Virus record (IMG/VR): IMGVR_UViG_3300032221_000327
Direction: 5' to 3' (one strand)
DNA: 64,000 nt
Source: an uncultured virus (IMG/VR IMGVR_UViG_3300032221_000327)
Lineage: Duplodnaviria > Heunggongvirae > Uroviricota > Caudoviricetes
Part shown: positions 56,169-64,000 of the stretch, one piece after another
Position numbering within the stretch: the stretch's first letter is position 1
Layout: every line of letters begins with the position of its first letter
Notes under the pieces: generated by a model
Told to the model about the DNA's origin: nothing
Database searches by the model: none
Seen by the model: only the letters and a program-made list of their open reading frames with translations
Program-made: the position numbers and the translations under genes

Positions 56169-56930
56169 TTACCCACGATCGTCCGTTATGGCAAACGCTT
56201 CGCCCCCTGGGTAGTGAAGGTCAAAGTATTTACAAATGAGGCCCTCCACGGCGAACTGCTCAGCCGCCAGCTCAAAAGCAGGCAGCGGCTCAAGTTGCAG
56301 CTCCGGCTGGCTGCTGGCATCCTCGGGGTCGTAGCAGGCAATCACATCAAACGCACCATCGAGGCGGATGTTGTGCATCTGCTCAACGGCCATGGCATAA
56401 CACACCAACTGCCGGCGATAGTCCGTTAGCTGCTCAGGGCTCTTGAGCCTGTAGCTGGTCTTCCAATCAACCAGGGCAATGGAACCGTCTTCCATTTCGG
56501 CCACCATGTCAAGCGTACCGGCGTAGCCACAGCGGCTGCCGTCCCACCACGCCACGGCACTTTCCACAAGGATGGGCCGCCTGATCTGCGCCAGGAAGGG
56601 CAGGACCGTTTCAAAGTATGGGCGCCATTGCGGCTGGCTGGCAAGGTGGTGCTCAATGTCCAGCTCTTGAAACCAATCCTCCAGCACGCCATGCAACCAT
56701 GTGCCCCGATCGGCGCCAAGGCGAGTGCGACGGTTGGCCTCTGCATCCCCCACTCGCTTCCGCCAGTTGATGAGCGCCATGATCTTCCCCACTGGCGCCA
56801 TGGCCCCCAGGAAAGTGGTCACACTGGGCAGCACCATGCCTTCCGGCACGTTGGGGAAGCCGGTGGTGATGTAGTGGCGCTTTTTGTTGATGCTGATGCG
56901 TCGTGGCTGGTGGTGCGACAGGGTGGTCAT
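56169..56930 (-). CDS. PD-(D/E)xK exonuclease
   Basis: LPSVTT, GTWLH, GYAGTLD, LVDWKTS, QLVCY. Confidence 0.88.
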   Translation of the reverse strand: MTTLSHHQPRRISINKKRHYITTGFPNVPEGMVLPSVTTFLGAMAPVGKIMALINWRKRVGDAEANRRTRLGADRGTWLHGVLEDWFQELDIEHHLASQPQWRPYFETVLPFLAQIRRPILVESAVAWWDGSRCGYAGTLDMVAEMEDGSIALVDWKTSYRLKSPEQLTDYRRQLVCYAMAVEQMHNIRLDGAFDVIACYDPEDASSQPELQLEPLPAFELAAEQFAVEGLICKYFDLHYPGGEAFAITDDRG

Positions 56931-57036
56931 GGCGAGCAGCGGAGAAAGGAAACGGTACAAACAGAAAAAGCCCTGCTAGAAGTCGCTAGGCAGCGAGTTC
57001 AGCGGGGCCCCGTCAACAAAAACAAGCGCACCAGCA

Positions 57037-57056
57037 AAGGCCCGCGCAAAGCGGGC
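57037..57056 (-). terminator. intrinsic terminator-like hairpin
   Basis: Minus strand GGCCCGC-TTTGC-GCGGGCC-TTT. Confidence 0.5.
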
Positions 57057-57067
57057 CACTGCCAGTT

Positions 57068-58000
57068 CTACTGCTTTCCCTCCTTGAAAGCCACCATTGC
57101 AGCAATCACATGGTCAGCCGTGCCTTCCATGCAAATAGCACGGAACTTAGCCATGCTTGTCTTCATGGCAGCAGCATCAATGGAAAGAGATTCTGCTTTA
57201 GCCCATTGAACAATCATCGTGGTGGCCACATCCGCAAACGACTCGCGGTTCTTAATGTCGTCGCCTTTGTTCATGCCGTGCTGCTGCAGGGCAGCCTTGC
57301 CTTGCAGGAGGCTGGCCCGTTCATCTGCATATTGCAGCGGGTTGGCCTTGCAGACGGTCAGGAGCATCGTCTTGCCATCAAAGGCAGGAGCAGCAGCGGG
57401 AGCGGCAGCAGGGGCCTCAGGGGCCGGCTCAGGAGCAGCAGGAGCAGTAGCAGCAGTAGCAGCGGCTTCTGCGCGAGGGCGGCGCGTGCCCTTGGCAGGT
57501 GCATCGGCAGCAGGAGCCTCGTCCGACTGCTTCGGCACGTCCTCTCCTGCGTAGAGCTTCAGGCCCAGGCCCGTGAACGTGGCAATGGCCTTCACGGAAG
57601 CCCGTTGCATGTTGTCGCTCACTGCCCTTGCATCGAGCTTGGTCAAGGCGTTGTGCTTGTTGTCCATCAGGGGGAACACAAGCGCAGGCGTGCGTTGCGT
57701 GCCATCCGTCAGGAACGGTCGCAGCAGCCAGCAGCCCTCCTGGCCAAACACCGGCCATCCGTCTTGCGCTTCCTCAAAGCTGACAAACAGCGTGGGGAAG
57801 TGCTGCTTCATGTAGCGGTAGGCGAACGGCCAGCTCAGGTAGGACAGGCCTTTGTAGTTCTGCTCAACGTGATCGCCAATCGGCGCCTCGTAGGCAGCAG
57901 CGAAAGCCTCTGCTGAGACTACCAATGGAGGGAAAATGCCAAGCTGCTTCTCGGCAAGCATCACTTCACAGAGAGCAGAGCGGGACGGTTCAGAAGTCAT
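57068..58000 (-). CDS. Sak/Rad52-like single-strand annealing protein (DUF1071-like)
   Basis: GLSYLSWPFAY, PLMDNKHNA, QRASVKAIA, GLGLKLYAGED. Confidence 0.85.
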   Translation of the reverse strand: MTSEPSRSALCEVMLAEKQLGIFPPLVVSAEAFAAAYEAPIGDHVEQNYKGLSYLSWPFAYRYMKQHFPTLFVSFEEAQDGWPVFGQEGCWLLRPFLTDGTQRTPALVFPLMDNKHNALTKLDARAVSDNMQRASVKAIATFTGLGLKLYAGEDVPKQSDEAPAADAPAKGTRRPRAEAAATAATAPAAPEPAPEAPAAAPAAAPAFDGKTMLLTVCKANPLQYADERASLLQGKAALQQHGMNKGDDIKNRESFADVATTMIVQWAKAESLSIDAAAMKTSMAKFRAICMEGTADHVIAAMVAFKEGKQ

Positions 58001-58244
58001 TGTCGGGCTTAGCGGGAGAATAGGCAGTGAACAGCAGCAGCAGTTTAACCGGCTGCTCCTCAGGGAACAGCAGACTGGCGCCTGGCAGTGGCCAGTCAGG
58101 CATGGCGCGAAGGTCCGTGGGCGTTTGCAGAGGCGCTGCCTGTTTCAAGAACAAAGGCTGCTCGTCCATCAGCACCACTTCCGTTTCGCCACCAAGGCTG
58201 GTGCTCGCACCTTGGAGGTGGGCGATCAATTCGTCAATGGTCAT
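57990..58244 (-). CDS. hypothetical protein
   Basis: MTIDELIAHLQ start, coupled to neighbours. Confidence 0.6.
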   Translation of the reverse strand: MTIDELIAHLQGASTSLGGETEVVLMDEQPLFLKQAAPLQTPTDLRAMPDWPLPGASLLFPEEQPVKLLLLFTAYSPAKPDNDF

Positions 58245-58471
58245 TCAGCGGATGCGGAGGACGGGGAAGCGTGGTCAATACAAAGGGGCCACGCTCCATT
58301 GGAGAACGTGGCGCCGCCTTCCCACACGGGCGTGGAGCGAATGAGACGCTCCATGGTTTCCGATCGGGACAGGCCAGCATCAGAGGCAATGGCAGACAAG
58401 TGATCGACAGCCCCTTGCGACAGGGTGAAGTGACGCTTGACTTTGCCTCCGGTGTACAGGCTGCTAGGCAT
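58241..58471 (-). CDS. ribbon-helix-helix DNA-binding protein
   Basis: KVKRHFTLS…HLSAIASDAGLSRSETMERLIR; divergent from primase. Confidence 0.7.
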   Translation of the reverse strand: MPSSLYTGGKVKRHFTLSQGAVDHLSAIASDAGLSRSETMERLIRSTPVWEGGATFSNGAWPLCIDHASPSSASAE

Positions 58472-58610
58472 GAGAGGGTGCAGGGCCTCCCCACAATAAC
58501 CTTCATCCCCACCATGGCAATCATTTTGGCGATAAGCGGTGCTTATAGGCGCTGCTCTCCCCATTGAGCGGCCTGCGGGGCACAATGGAGCCGTTGTCCT
58601 GAAATCGCGC

Positions 58611-60533
58611 ATGGCGTTTTCGATCCTCGACCACTTGGAAGCCCTGGAAGCAAGTAACCAGCCAGGGAAGTATCTATGCCCAGCGTGCAACAGCAACGAC
58701 TTCTCCGTCAACAAAACCACTGGTGGTTACAACTGCTGGCACGACCCCAGTCCAGCGCATCGTGCTGAGATTCGCAATGCACTGGCGCCCATGCAGCGGT
58801 GGGAGAAGCCTGCCCGTGCCCCGAACACCTACACCTTCAACTATGTCGATGGGACAGGCCGTGACGTAGTGCGCGTCAGGCGGGATGATACGGCTGGCCG
58901 CAAGCAAATCTGGCAAGAGTTTCCCACGGTTGACAAGACCGAACGGGGGCAATCGCAGCAAGTGCAGGAGGCACGGGCCAGTGTGCTGCCATTCATGTAT
59001 GACAAGGCGATTGAGGCTTCTAAGGCTACGGGTCTGCCAATCTTCGTCGTGGAAGGAGAGCTTACCTGTCAAGCCTTGTGGGCGCTTGAGATACCATCCA
59101 TCACCTTCCTGGGTGGCAGTAAGCAATACCGCACGAATGGCGACTATTCGCAACTGCTCAAGAATCAGAGGCTAGTGCTATGCCCAGACCGTGACGAACA
59201 GGGCGTGGCCTTTATGACGGAAGTGGCCACTGACAACCCTGGCGCACAGTGGCTGTACGCTGATCCACGTTCTTGGGAGTGGGACAATCTGCCTTCTGGG
59301 AATGGTTACGACGTAAGTGACTACATTGAAGAAGGCGCCACAAAAGACGACTTGCTTTCATCTATTGGCCCTTGTCGTCACAAAAGTCTAGATGGCAAGC
59401 CATCCTACGAAGAAATCATTTCCACCATCGAACAATTCGTCGGCCTTTATGCTGATGATGCTCGCATAGCGTATGAAGCTGCGCATTGGCTTGAGCAGCG
59501 CGGCGTGAAGATGAGCCAGCAAAACATCGACTTGATTGTTGATGCAGCCAAGGGCAGGCTCTATGGCAGAGAAGAGCTTGAAACCATTGATGCTCTCACC
59601 ATTGCCAATTCTGACAAGGCAAGAGAATGGCTTATTGCTGGCATTGTGCCGCTTGGCAGTGTAATGCTATTGGCCGCAGTGGGCGGGGCTGGCAAAAGTA
59701 CAGTTGCCTATAACTGGGCACTTCATGTTGCTCTGGGCACGCAATGGAGCGGACGTAGGTGTATGCAAGGCCGCACGTTAATTATACAGAGCGACGAACC
59801 ATTGATTGATACTAGCGAGAAGTTGAGCGTGATTGGCTATCAGGATGCCGGCATTGAGCCTGGCACTGTGGAGTTCTGGGAAACCTGGCGGTTTTCGCAC
59901 ATGCGCCAGTTGGAAGACTACGTGCGCAAGAATCGCCCTGCGCTGGTGGTGATTGACAGCCTGACGGCTTGCATGGCAGGCATGAGCGTAGACCTGACCA
60001 AGAGCAATGCTGGTGATTCCATCTATGGACTGCGGGATATTGCCAACACCTACCGCTGCTCCATTCTGATTCTCCACCACCTCAACAAAAGCGGAGGACT
60101 GCGCGACTCCACCAGTTTCGTGGACAACGTGAGCGAAGTGGTGAAACTGACCCGCGCTGAGAACAACTTTGACAACAATCAATTCGTCCTGGAATGGATC
60201 AAGAGCCGGTCAGGACTGACTGGCAAGCACGCTTTGCAGCGTGATGCCATGAACTATGGCTGGCACTATGCAGGCCCCCTGGAGGGCAGCCTGGAGGAGC
60301 TGGACAGGGTGGTGAGCGTCGTGACCATGCGCAAGACAGAACGGCTCAGCAGGCAGCAAGTGGCGGCACTGTCTGGCTCCTGGGACATTGCCTCAACGGG
60401 CAAGATGCTGGAAGTAGCAAGGCGGCAAGGACTCATCACTTCATCGTTCCAGAATGGCCCGAACGGGGAACACTCTCGCCTGTACCATTCTTGGGACTAC
60501 GTAGACTACGACGACGAAGACTCTATCATTTAA
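58611..60533 (+). CDS. primase-helicase (zinc finger, TOPRIM, RecA-type AAA_25 helicase)
   Basis: CPAC…CWH; VVEGE, PDRD; GGAGKS, VVIDS, ILHH. Confidence 0.9.
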   Translation: MAFSILDHLEALEASNQPGKYLCPACNSNDFSVNKTTGGYNCWHDPSPAHRAEIRNALAPMQRWEKPARAPNTYTFNYVDGTGRDVVRVRRDDTAGRKQIWQEFPTVDKTERGQSQQVQEARASVLPFMYDKAIEASKATGLPIFVVEGELTCQALWALEIPSITFLGGSKQYRTNGDYSQLLKNQRLVLCPDRDEQGVAFMTEVATDNPGAQWLYADPRSWEWDNLPSGNGYDVSDYIEEGATKDDLLSSIGPCRHKSLDGKPSYEEIISTIEQFVGLYADDARIAYEAAHWLEQRGVKMSQQNIDLIVDAAKGRLYGREELETIDALTIANSDKAREWLIAGIVPLGSVMLLAAVGGAGKSTVAYNWALHVALGTQWSGRRCMQGRTLIIQSDEPLIDTSEKLSVIGYQDAGIEPGTVEFWETWRFSHMRQLEDYVRKNRPALVVIDSLTACMAGMSVDLTKSNAGDSIYGLRDIANTYRCSILILHHLNKSGGLRDSTSFVDNVSEVVKLTRAENNFDNNQFVLEWIKSRSGLTGKHALQRDAMNYGWHYAGPLEGSLEELDRVVSVVTMRKTERLSRQQVAALSGSWDIASTGKMLEVARRQGLITSSFQNGPNGEHSRLYHSWDYVDYDDEDSII

Positions 60534-60552
60534 GGACTACGAACGATTAGCC

Positions 60553-60699
60553 ATGAAGATTCTGTGGGACGCCAATGTGCCTACCACTGGGCCGGCGCCG
60601 GAGGGGAAAGAGCCTTCGGCGCCCGCTGCGCCTGCTCCTGCCGTTGTGAAGCCTGCAGCCAGTGGCGAGGCAGCGCAAGGGACAGTGCGGCGCTCCTGA
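60553..60699 (+). CDS. small Pro/Ala-rich hypothetical protein
   Basis: 48 aa after primase. Confidence 0.4.
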   Translation: MKILWDANVPTTGPAPEGKEPSAPAAPAPAVVKPAASGEAAQGTVRRS

Positions 60700-60766
60700 T
60701 CGTGCGCCAATAAAAACCCCCCAGCGATTGCAGTCGCTGAGGGAAGCTGGAACCAACGGGCTTAGC

Positions 60767-60958
60767 TTAGGGCATGGCTTCGCCTGAGGCAGTGACTGAG
60801 GGTTCTTTAGGAGGGCCTGGCAAGCGCATTGCTTTCCATCGCTCCCTTTCTAGGGCCGCTTGCGAGGCCTTGTCTTTTGCCGCCATCCAAGCACGCACTG
60901 ACTGGCCGTTTTTTGGCCCATTGGGGGGCAGGCGAATGATTTGAGAGCCAGGGTTCAC
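60767..60958 (-). CDS. small hypothetical protein
   Basis: GTG start; IIRLPPNGPKNGQSVRAW. Confidence 0.4.
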   Translation of the reverse strand: MNPGSQIIRLPPNGPKNGQSVRAWMAAKDKASQAALERERWKAMRLPGPPKEPSVTASGEAMP

Positions 60959-61116
60959 GCATGAGAGGAAGTGGAGCGTTAAAACTATTCCCCGTGGAAC
61001 ATGCCATGGGGAATAGAAAGAGACTTGACTGACAGGCAAGTGCTAGTCAACGCCTGATGCGCGATAGGTAGACGCACAAGACAATCAACGTGGCCAAGTT
61101 GATGATGCTGTCGCTT

Positions 61117-61353
61117 TCAACGACCACCATGGTTGTGCTCCAGCTCGTCAGCGATCGCGTGAAGCCAGTGCGCTGACATTTGAGGATCAGGCACGCGATC
61201 TGCGGCGGCACGCAGGGCGGCGGCCATCCCAAGTGCGTGATAATGCGAACTCGGGTTTTCGGTCTTGAGTAACCTATACCATTCCGATACGCGCTTGTGG
61301 TAGGCATTGAGCACCGCCTGAGCATCGGGGGACAGGGACCGTGGTTCAATCAT
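61117..61353 (-). CDS. small hypothetical protein
   Basis: LSPDAQAVLNAY…AAALRAAAD…AIADELE. Confidence 0.65.
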   Translation of the reverse strand: MIEPRSLSPDAQAVLNAYHKRVSEWYRLLKTENPSSHYHALGMAAALRAAADRVPDPQMSAHWLHAIADELEHNHGGR

Positions 61354-61907
61354 TGTTCAGGGTCTCCAATGTGATTGGGCGCCGGGGAAAGTGTATCAGC
61401 AGCGAGCTGATGCACACGATCTACCACGACGTTGAAATGCTTGTCGCTGTCGTCATTTACAACAGTCATCTCGTTTGCGGCTTCCAGCAGCTCAAGGCAC
61501 AGTTCGCGCCAATCAGCAACCTGGGAAAGCCTCTTCACGTTCTCTTCGCGCCAAGCCAGATATTTGAGTCGCTGGTTCATTCCTCCCCCTTCCCCGCAGG
61601 CAGGGGGCAGGGCGGTGGCGATGGCGTCGGACCATTCCTGTGACCAGCCGGGGCGATTATGCGGAACTGTGTCGTCTAATTCAACCAGCCGCTCCAATGC
61701 GGCACGAAAATCAATGCTCATTGTGCCTCCTGCGCAGCAATGCCTAGCAATGCCTTCCAGAAACTTGCCAGTCCACACACCACCAAGTAGGCGGGCTTCT
61801 GTGGCGCAGTCAGTGACTATGAAACGAGCAGCTCTAACACAGAACGCACAGGGCTCAGCGCAGTCAAATGGACAGGCCCGCTGAGCAAGGGCCGAAAGCG
61901 TAAGCAT
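61350..61907 (-). CDS. hypothetical protein, apparently three in-frame modules
   Basis: Internal ATGs at 61721 and 61580 each preceded by GGAGG. Confidence 0.6.
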   Translation of the reverse strand: MLTLSALAQRACPFDCAEPCAFCVRAARFIVTDCATEARLLGGVWTGKFLEGIARHCCAGGTMSIDFRAALERLVELDDTVPHNRPGWSQEWSDAIATALPPACGEGGGMNQRLKYLAWREENVKRLSQVADWRELCLELLEAANEMTVVNDDSDKHFNVVVDRVHQLAADTLSPAPNHIGDPEQ

Positions 61908-61981
61908 GAGAAGAACAAAGAAGGGAACGGAGGGGATGGAGGGAACGAGGGGGATGAATGGACGAAATGCGGAGGCAGGGA

Positions 61982-62239
61982 TCAGTTGGCGGGGCCCACA
62001 GCGGAGAAGAGGCTGGGGATGGCGTAGGTGCTGCCGGGGGTGTTGGGCGCCGCAGGGCCAATAGCCGTGGGGCGATCGTTCACCACACCAGAGGCACCAC
62101 CAGGGGCACGCATCATGGCACGGGCCTCACGCACGGAAATGCCATACGCCTTGGCTACGCGGCGAGCGGGGCCAGCAAAGGCGGGAGCGGCAGTGGACAG
62201 GAGAAAGCCAGCGGCCAGAAGCAGGGAGAAGGAACGCAT
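61982..62239 (-). CDS. small secreted protein
   Basis: Signal peptide MRSFSLLLAAGFLLSTAAPAFA. Confidence 0.65.
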   Translation of the reverse strand: MRSFSLLLAAGFLLSTAAPAFAGPARRVAKAYGISVREARAMMRAPGGASGVVNDRPTAIGPAAPNTPGSTYAIPSLFSAVGPAN

Positions 62240-62291
62240 GGTGAGAAAACACATGACGAAAGGGACAGGCTCAAACCTTGAACCTGCCGCC

Positions 62292-62319
62292 ATCCTACCC
62301 ACAACTCCCCGCCTGTCAA
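62292..62319 (-). promoter_or_regulatory. sigma70-type promoter
   Basis: TTGACA-N16-TAGGAT upstream of 62239. Confidence 0.6.
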
Positions 62320-62378
62320 TTACTTGGGTGAACGGACGCAACGGTGCCGCTGGCTTGCGGCTTCTTCGCGGAAGCAAT

Positions 62379-62406
62379 AAAAAGGGCCCCTTGCCGGGGG
62401 CCCTTT
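62379..62406. terminator. bidirectional terminator-like hairpin
   Basis: AAAAAGGGCCCC-TTGCCG-GGGGCCCTTT. Confidence 0.6.
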
Positions 62407-62888
62407 CAGGGATCGGCGCACACAACGCCAACCCCAACTGGAAATGTCCGACCCCATTGTGGCTCCCCTTGCAGCCAGCCATGCACTCCATTGTGCCAAC
62501 TGCTCCACTGTCACAATTAAGTTTGACAGGGGTGCCTAGACTCGTCCCCGGTCTGACCTTCCAGCAACAACGCGCCTGGGCAGACCACTCACACCGGCCA
62601 GCGGCGCTCCTGAAGGGGAGAGGCGATGGAGGGAATGTAGGGGCAGTAGCCTCCGCTGAGAGGCAGCACGCGAGGGAGCCCCAAGCGGGCCTGTCAAGCT
62701 GCCTCTCCCCACTCCCCCTCCTGCATACTTCTTCTCCATAAACCTTCGCAAGAGCGCCATTGAAAAGGTGGCGAGCCCCAAGCGAGCCTTAGTCAGGCGC
62801 TCCTTCCCCCTTCTCTGCTCTCTTTCTTAAAAGGCTTGCAGGAATGAACGAAAGGGCTTAAGCTGGCCGAGCCATCAATGCCCATGCT

Positions 62889-63113
62889 GTGTCTGCCCTT
62901 CCCCCCAGTGCTCCAGAAAGGCTTCCATTGCTTGAACATGCTGGAATCCTGATCGAACCAATCATTCACCATGGCTTTTCGCGGCCCTTCAGGGGGCCGC
63001 TTCCGATAGCACGCACCATCTTTGGCGCTCGCAATCCTGCCGATGGCGAACGCCACTGGCGCAGGAGCTATGACGAACTCACCAGCCTTATTGACAGAGG
63101 CTTTCAACCATGA
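62889..63113 (+). CDS. hypothetical protein
   Basis: 74 aa, ATGA-coupled to next gene. Confidence 0.55.
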   Translation: MSALPPSAPERLPLLEHAGILIEPIIHHGFSRPFRGPLPIARTIFGARNPADGERHWRRSYDELTSLIDRGFQP

Positions 63114-63448
63114 CCCCTGCTAACGAACGCTTTGACGATGCCGTGGAAATGCTGGCGGCGGTGAAAGCAAAGCTGAAGGCTTTGCAAGAAGAGGAGGCCG
63201 CCTTGAAGGCCACCATTGAAGAACTGTTCGCAGATGATGAAATCATCGAGCGTTTCAGCGATCCTGATTCGCCATCAATCCGAACACCCTTCGGCACTGT
63301 TCGCCTTCAGGAAAGGCCAGTGAAAGCATACGGCCCATCCATCACGGAGGCCGAAGCCTCCTTGAAGCAAGCAAAGCAGCTAGCGAATGACATGGGCGAC
63401 TACGATGTAGTGGCTTCCACCAATAGCGTGGTATTCACTGCTTCGTAA
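63110..63448 (+). CDS. hypothetical coiled-coil protein
   Basis: 112 aa. Confidence 0.7.
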   Translation: MTPANERFDDAVEMLAAVKAKLKALQEEEAALKATIEELFADDEIIERFSDPDSPSIRTPFGTVRLQERPVKAYGPSITEAEASLKQAKQLANDMGDYDVVASTNSVVFTAS

Positions 63449-63450
63449 CC

Positions 63451-64000
63451 ATGGCAAAAGCCCCAAAGCCCCCTGCTACAACGAGCCCCAGGGGGCTCAC
63501 TAGGCCCCAGATTGAGTTTGGCAGTGAGCAAGACTTGCTGCAATTCAGCCTGAAGGTATTGGTGGATGCGGGTTGCACCGTGGAACAGATTGATCGTTTG
63601 CGCAATAGGGCCAAGGATCCATCGTTCACCTTCAGCCCTGAAATCACTGGCCAGCGCCGCTACATGACCAGCGAGCTACTGGCGGCAGGGCTAAGCAATG
63701 GACAAATTGCTCAAGTGTTTAGGCAAAGCAAGGATGTTGTCAACACTGATAGGCAAGCCATTCGTGCTCTCTATACCAAGAGCATCTTGCAAACCGCCGA
63801 TAACTGGCGGGCAAAGCTCCTGCAGGAGCAGGATGATATTCGCAGGGTGGCAATGGAAGGATTTAGTGAAAGCAAACGGCGCAAAGTGGTGCGTCGGAAG
63901 TTTGATGCAATGGGAGAAGATGATGATGATATGGACTCCCTGCCCAGCAGTGGTGGCGTGACTGAAGATCACTACTCAGCAGGCGACTCCAGCTTCCTTC
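63451..64000 (+). CDS. putative terminase small subunit-like HTH protein, 3'-truncated by window edge
   Basis: Open from ATG 63451 to window end; LLAAGLSNGQIAQVF…VNTDRQAIR helix-turn-helix, helical region, AGDSSFL. Confidence 0.5.
   Translation, partial: MAKAPKPPATTSPRGLTRPQIEFGSEQDLLQFSLKVLVDAGCTVEQIDRLRNRAKDPSFTFSPEITGQRRYMTSELLAAGLSNGQIAQVFRQSKDVVNTDRQAIRALYTKSILQTADNWRAKLLQEQDDIRRVAMEGFSESKRRKVVRRKFDAMGEDDDDMDSLPSSGGVTEDHYSAGDSSFL

Noticed and set aside
56169..56930. Cas4 / CRISPR adaptation gene
   Set aside because: No Fe-S cysteine cluster; context with annealase and SSB indicates a recombination exonuclease
1..64000. Integrated prophage or host chromosome flanks
   Set aside because: No integrase, att-adjacent tRNA or host housekeeping genes; phage-type genes run to both edges, though lifestyle genes may lie outside the window

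Overview
This window is most of the genome of a long-tailed (siphovirus-type) dsDNA phage. The host is probably a picocyanobacterium (Synechococcus/Cyanobium-like), inferred from the compact cyanophage-type class I ribonucleotide reductase, the DnaN-like C-terminus and the tail and lysin gene styles. Layout: (1-7.8 kb) small early-type genes, including a truncated beta-clamp homologue and a glycosylase-like protein, interrupted by two repeat- and hairpin-rich non-coding blocks carrying Fur-box-like palindromes; (7.9-14 kb) NrdA with a LAGLIDADG intein at the catalytic cysteine, NrdB, a ~260-nt densely structured non-coding RNA candidate and a metallophosphoesterase; (14.4-26.7 kb) inverted terminase large subunit, portal with extra C-terminal domains, head morphogenesis protein, an inserted glycosyltransferase/methyltransferase cassette, DUF2213 protease/scaffold, decoration protein and DUF2184 major capsid; (26.7-50.9 kb) tail genes with a -1 frameshift chaperone, a 1987-aa tape measure protein with a lysozyme domain, tail tip and fibres; (51-60.5 kb) lysis genes, HNH, ThyX, dCTP deaminase, SSB-like, exonuclease, Sak-like annealase and primase-helicase; (60.5-64 kb) small genes and a probable terminase small subunit running off the end. 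No integrase, DNA polymerase, tRNA, CRISPR array or photosynthesis gene was recognised. The most interesting unexplained signals are two candidate structured ncRNAs, an R/K-x-D motif at the N-termini and domain junctions of most head proteins (possible protease-released capsid cargo), and a clamp fragment reduced to its peptide-binding pocket. All family names come from motif recognition by eye, not from database searches.
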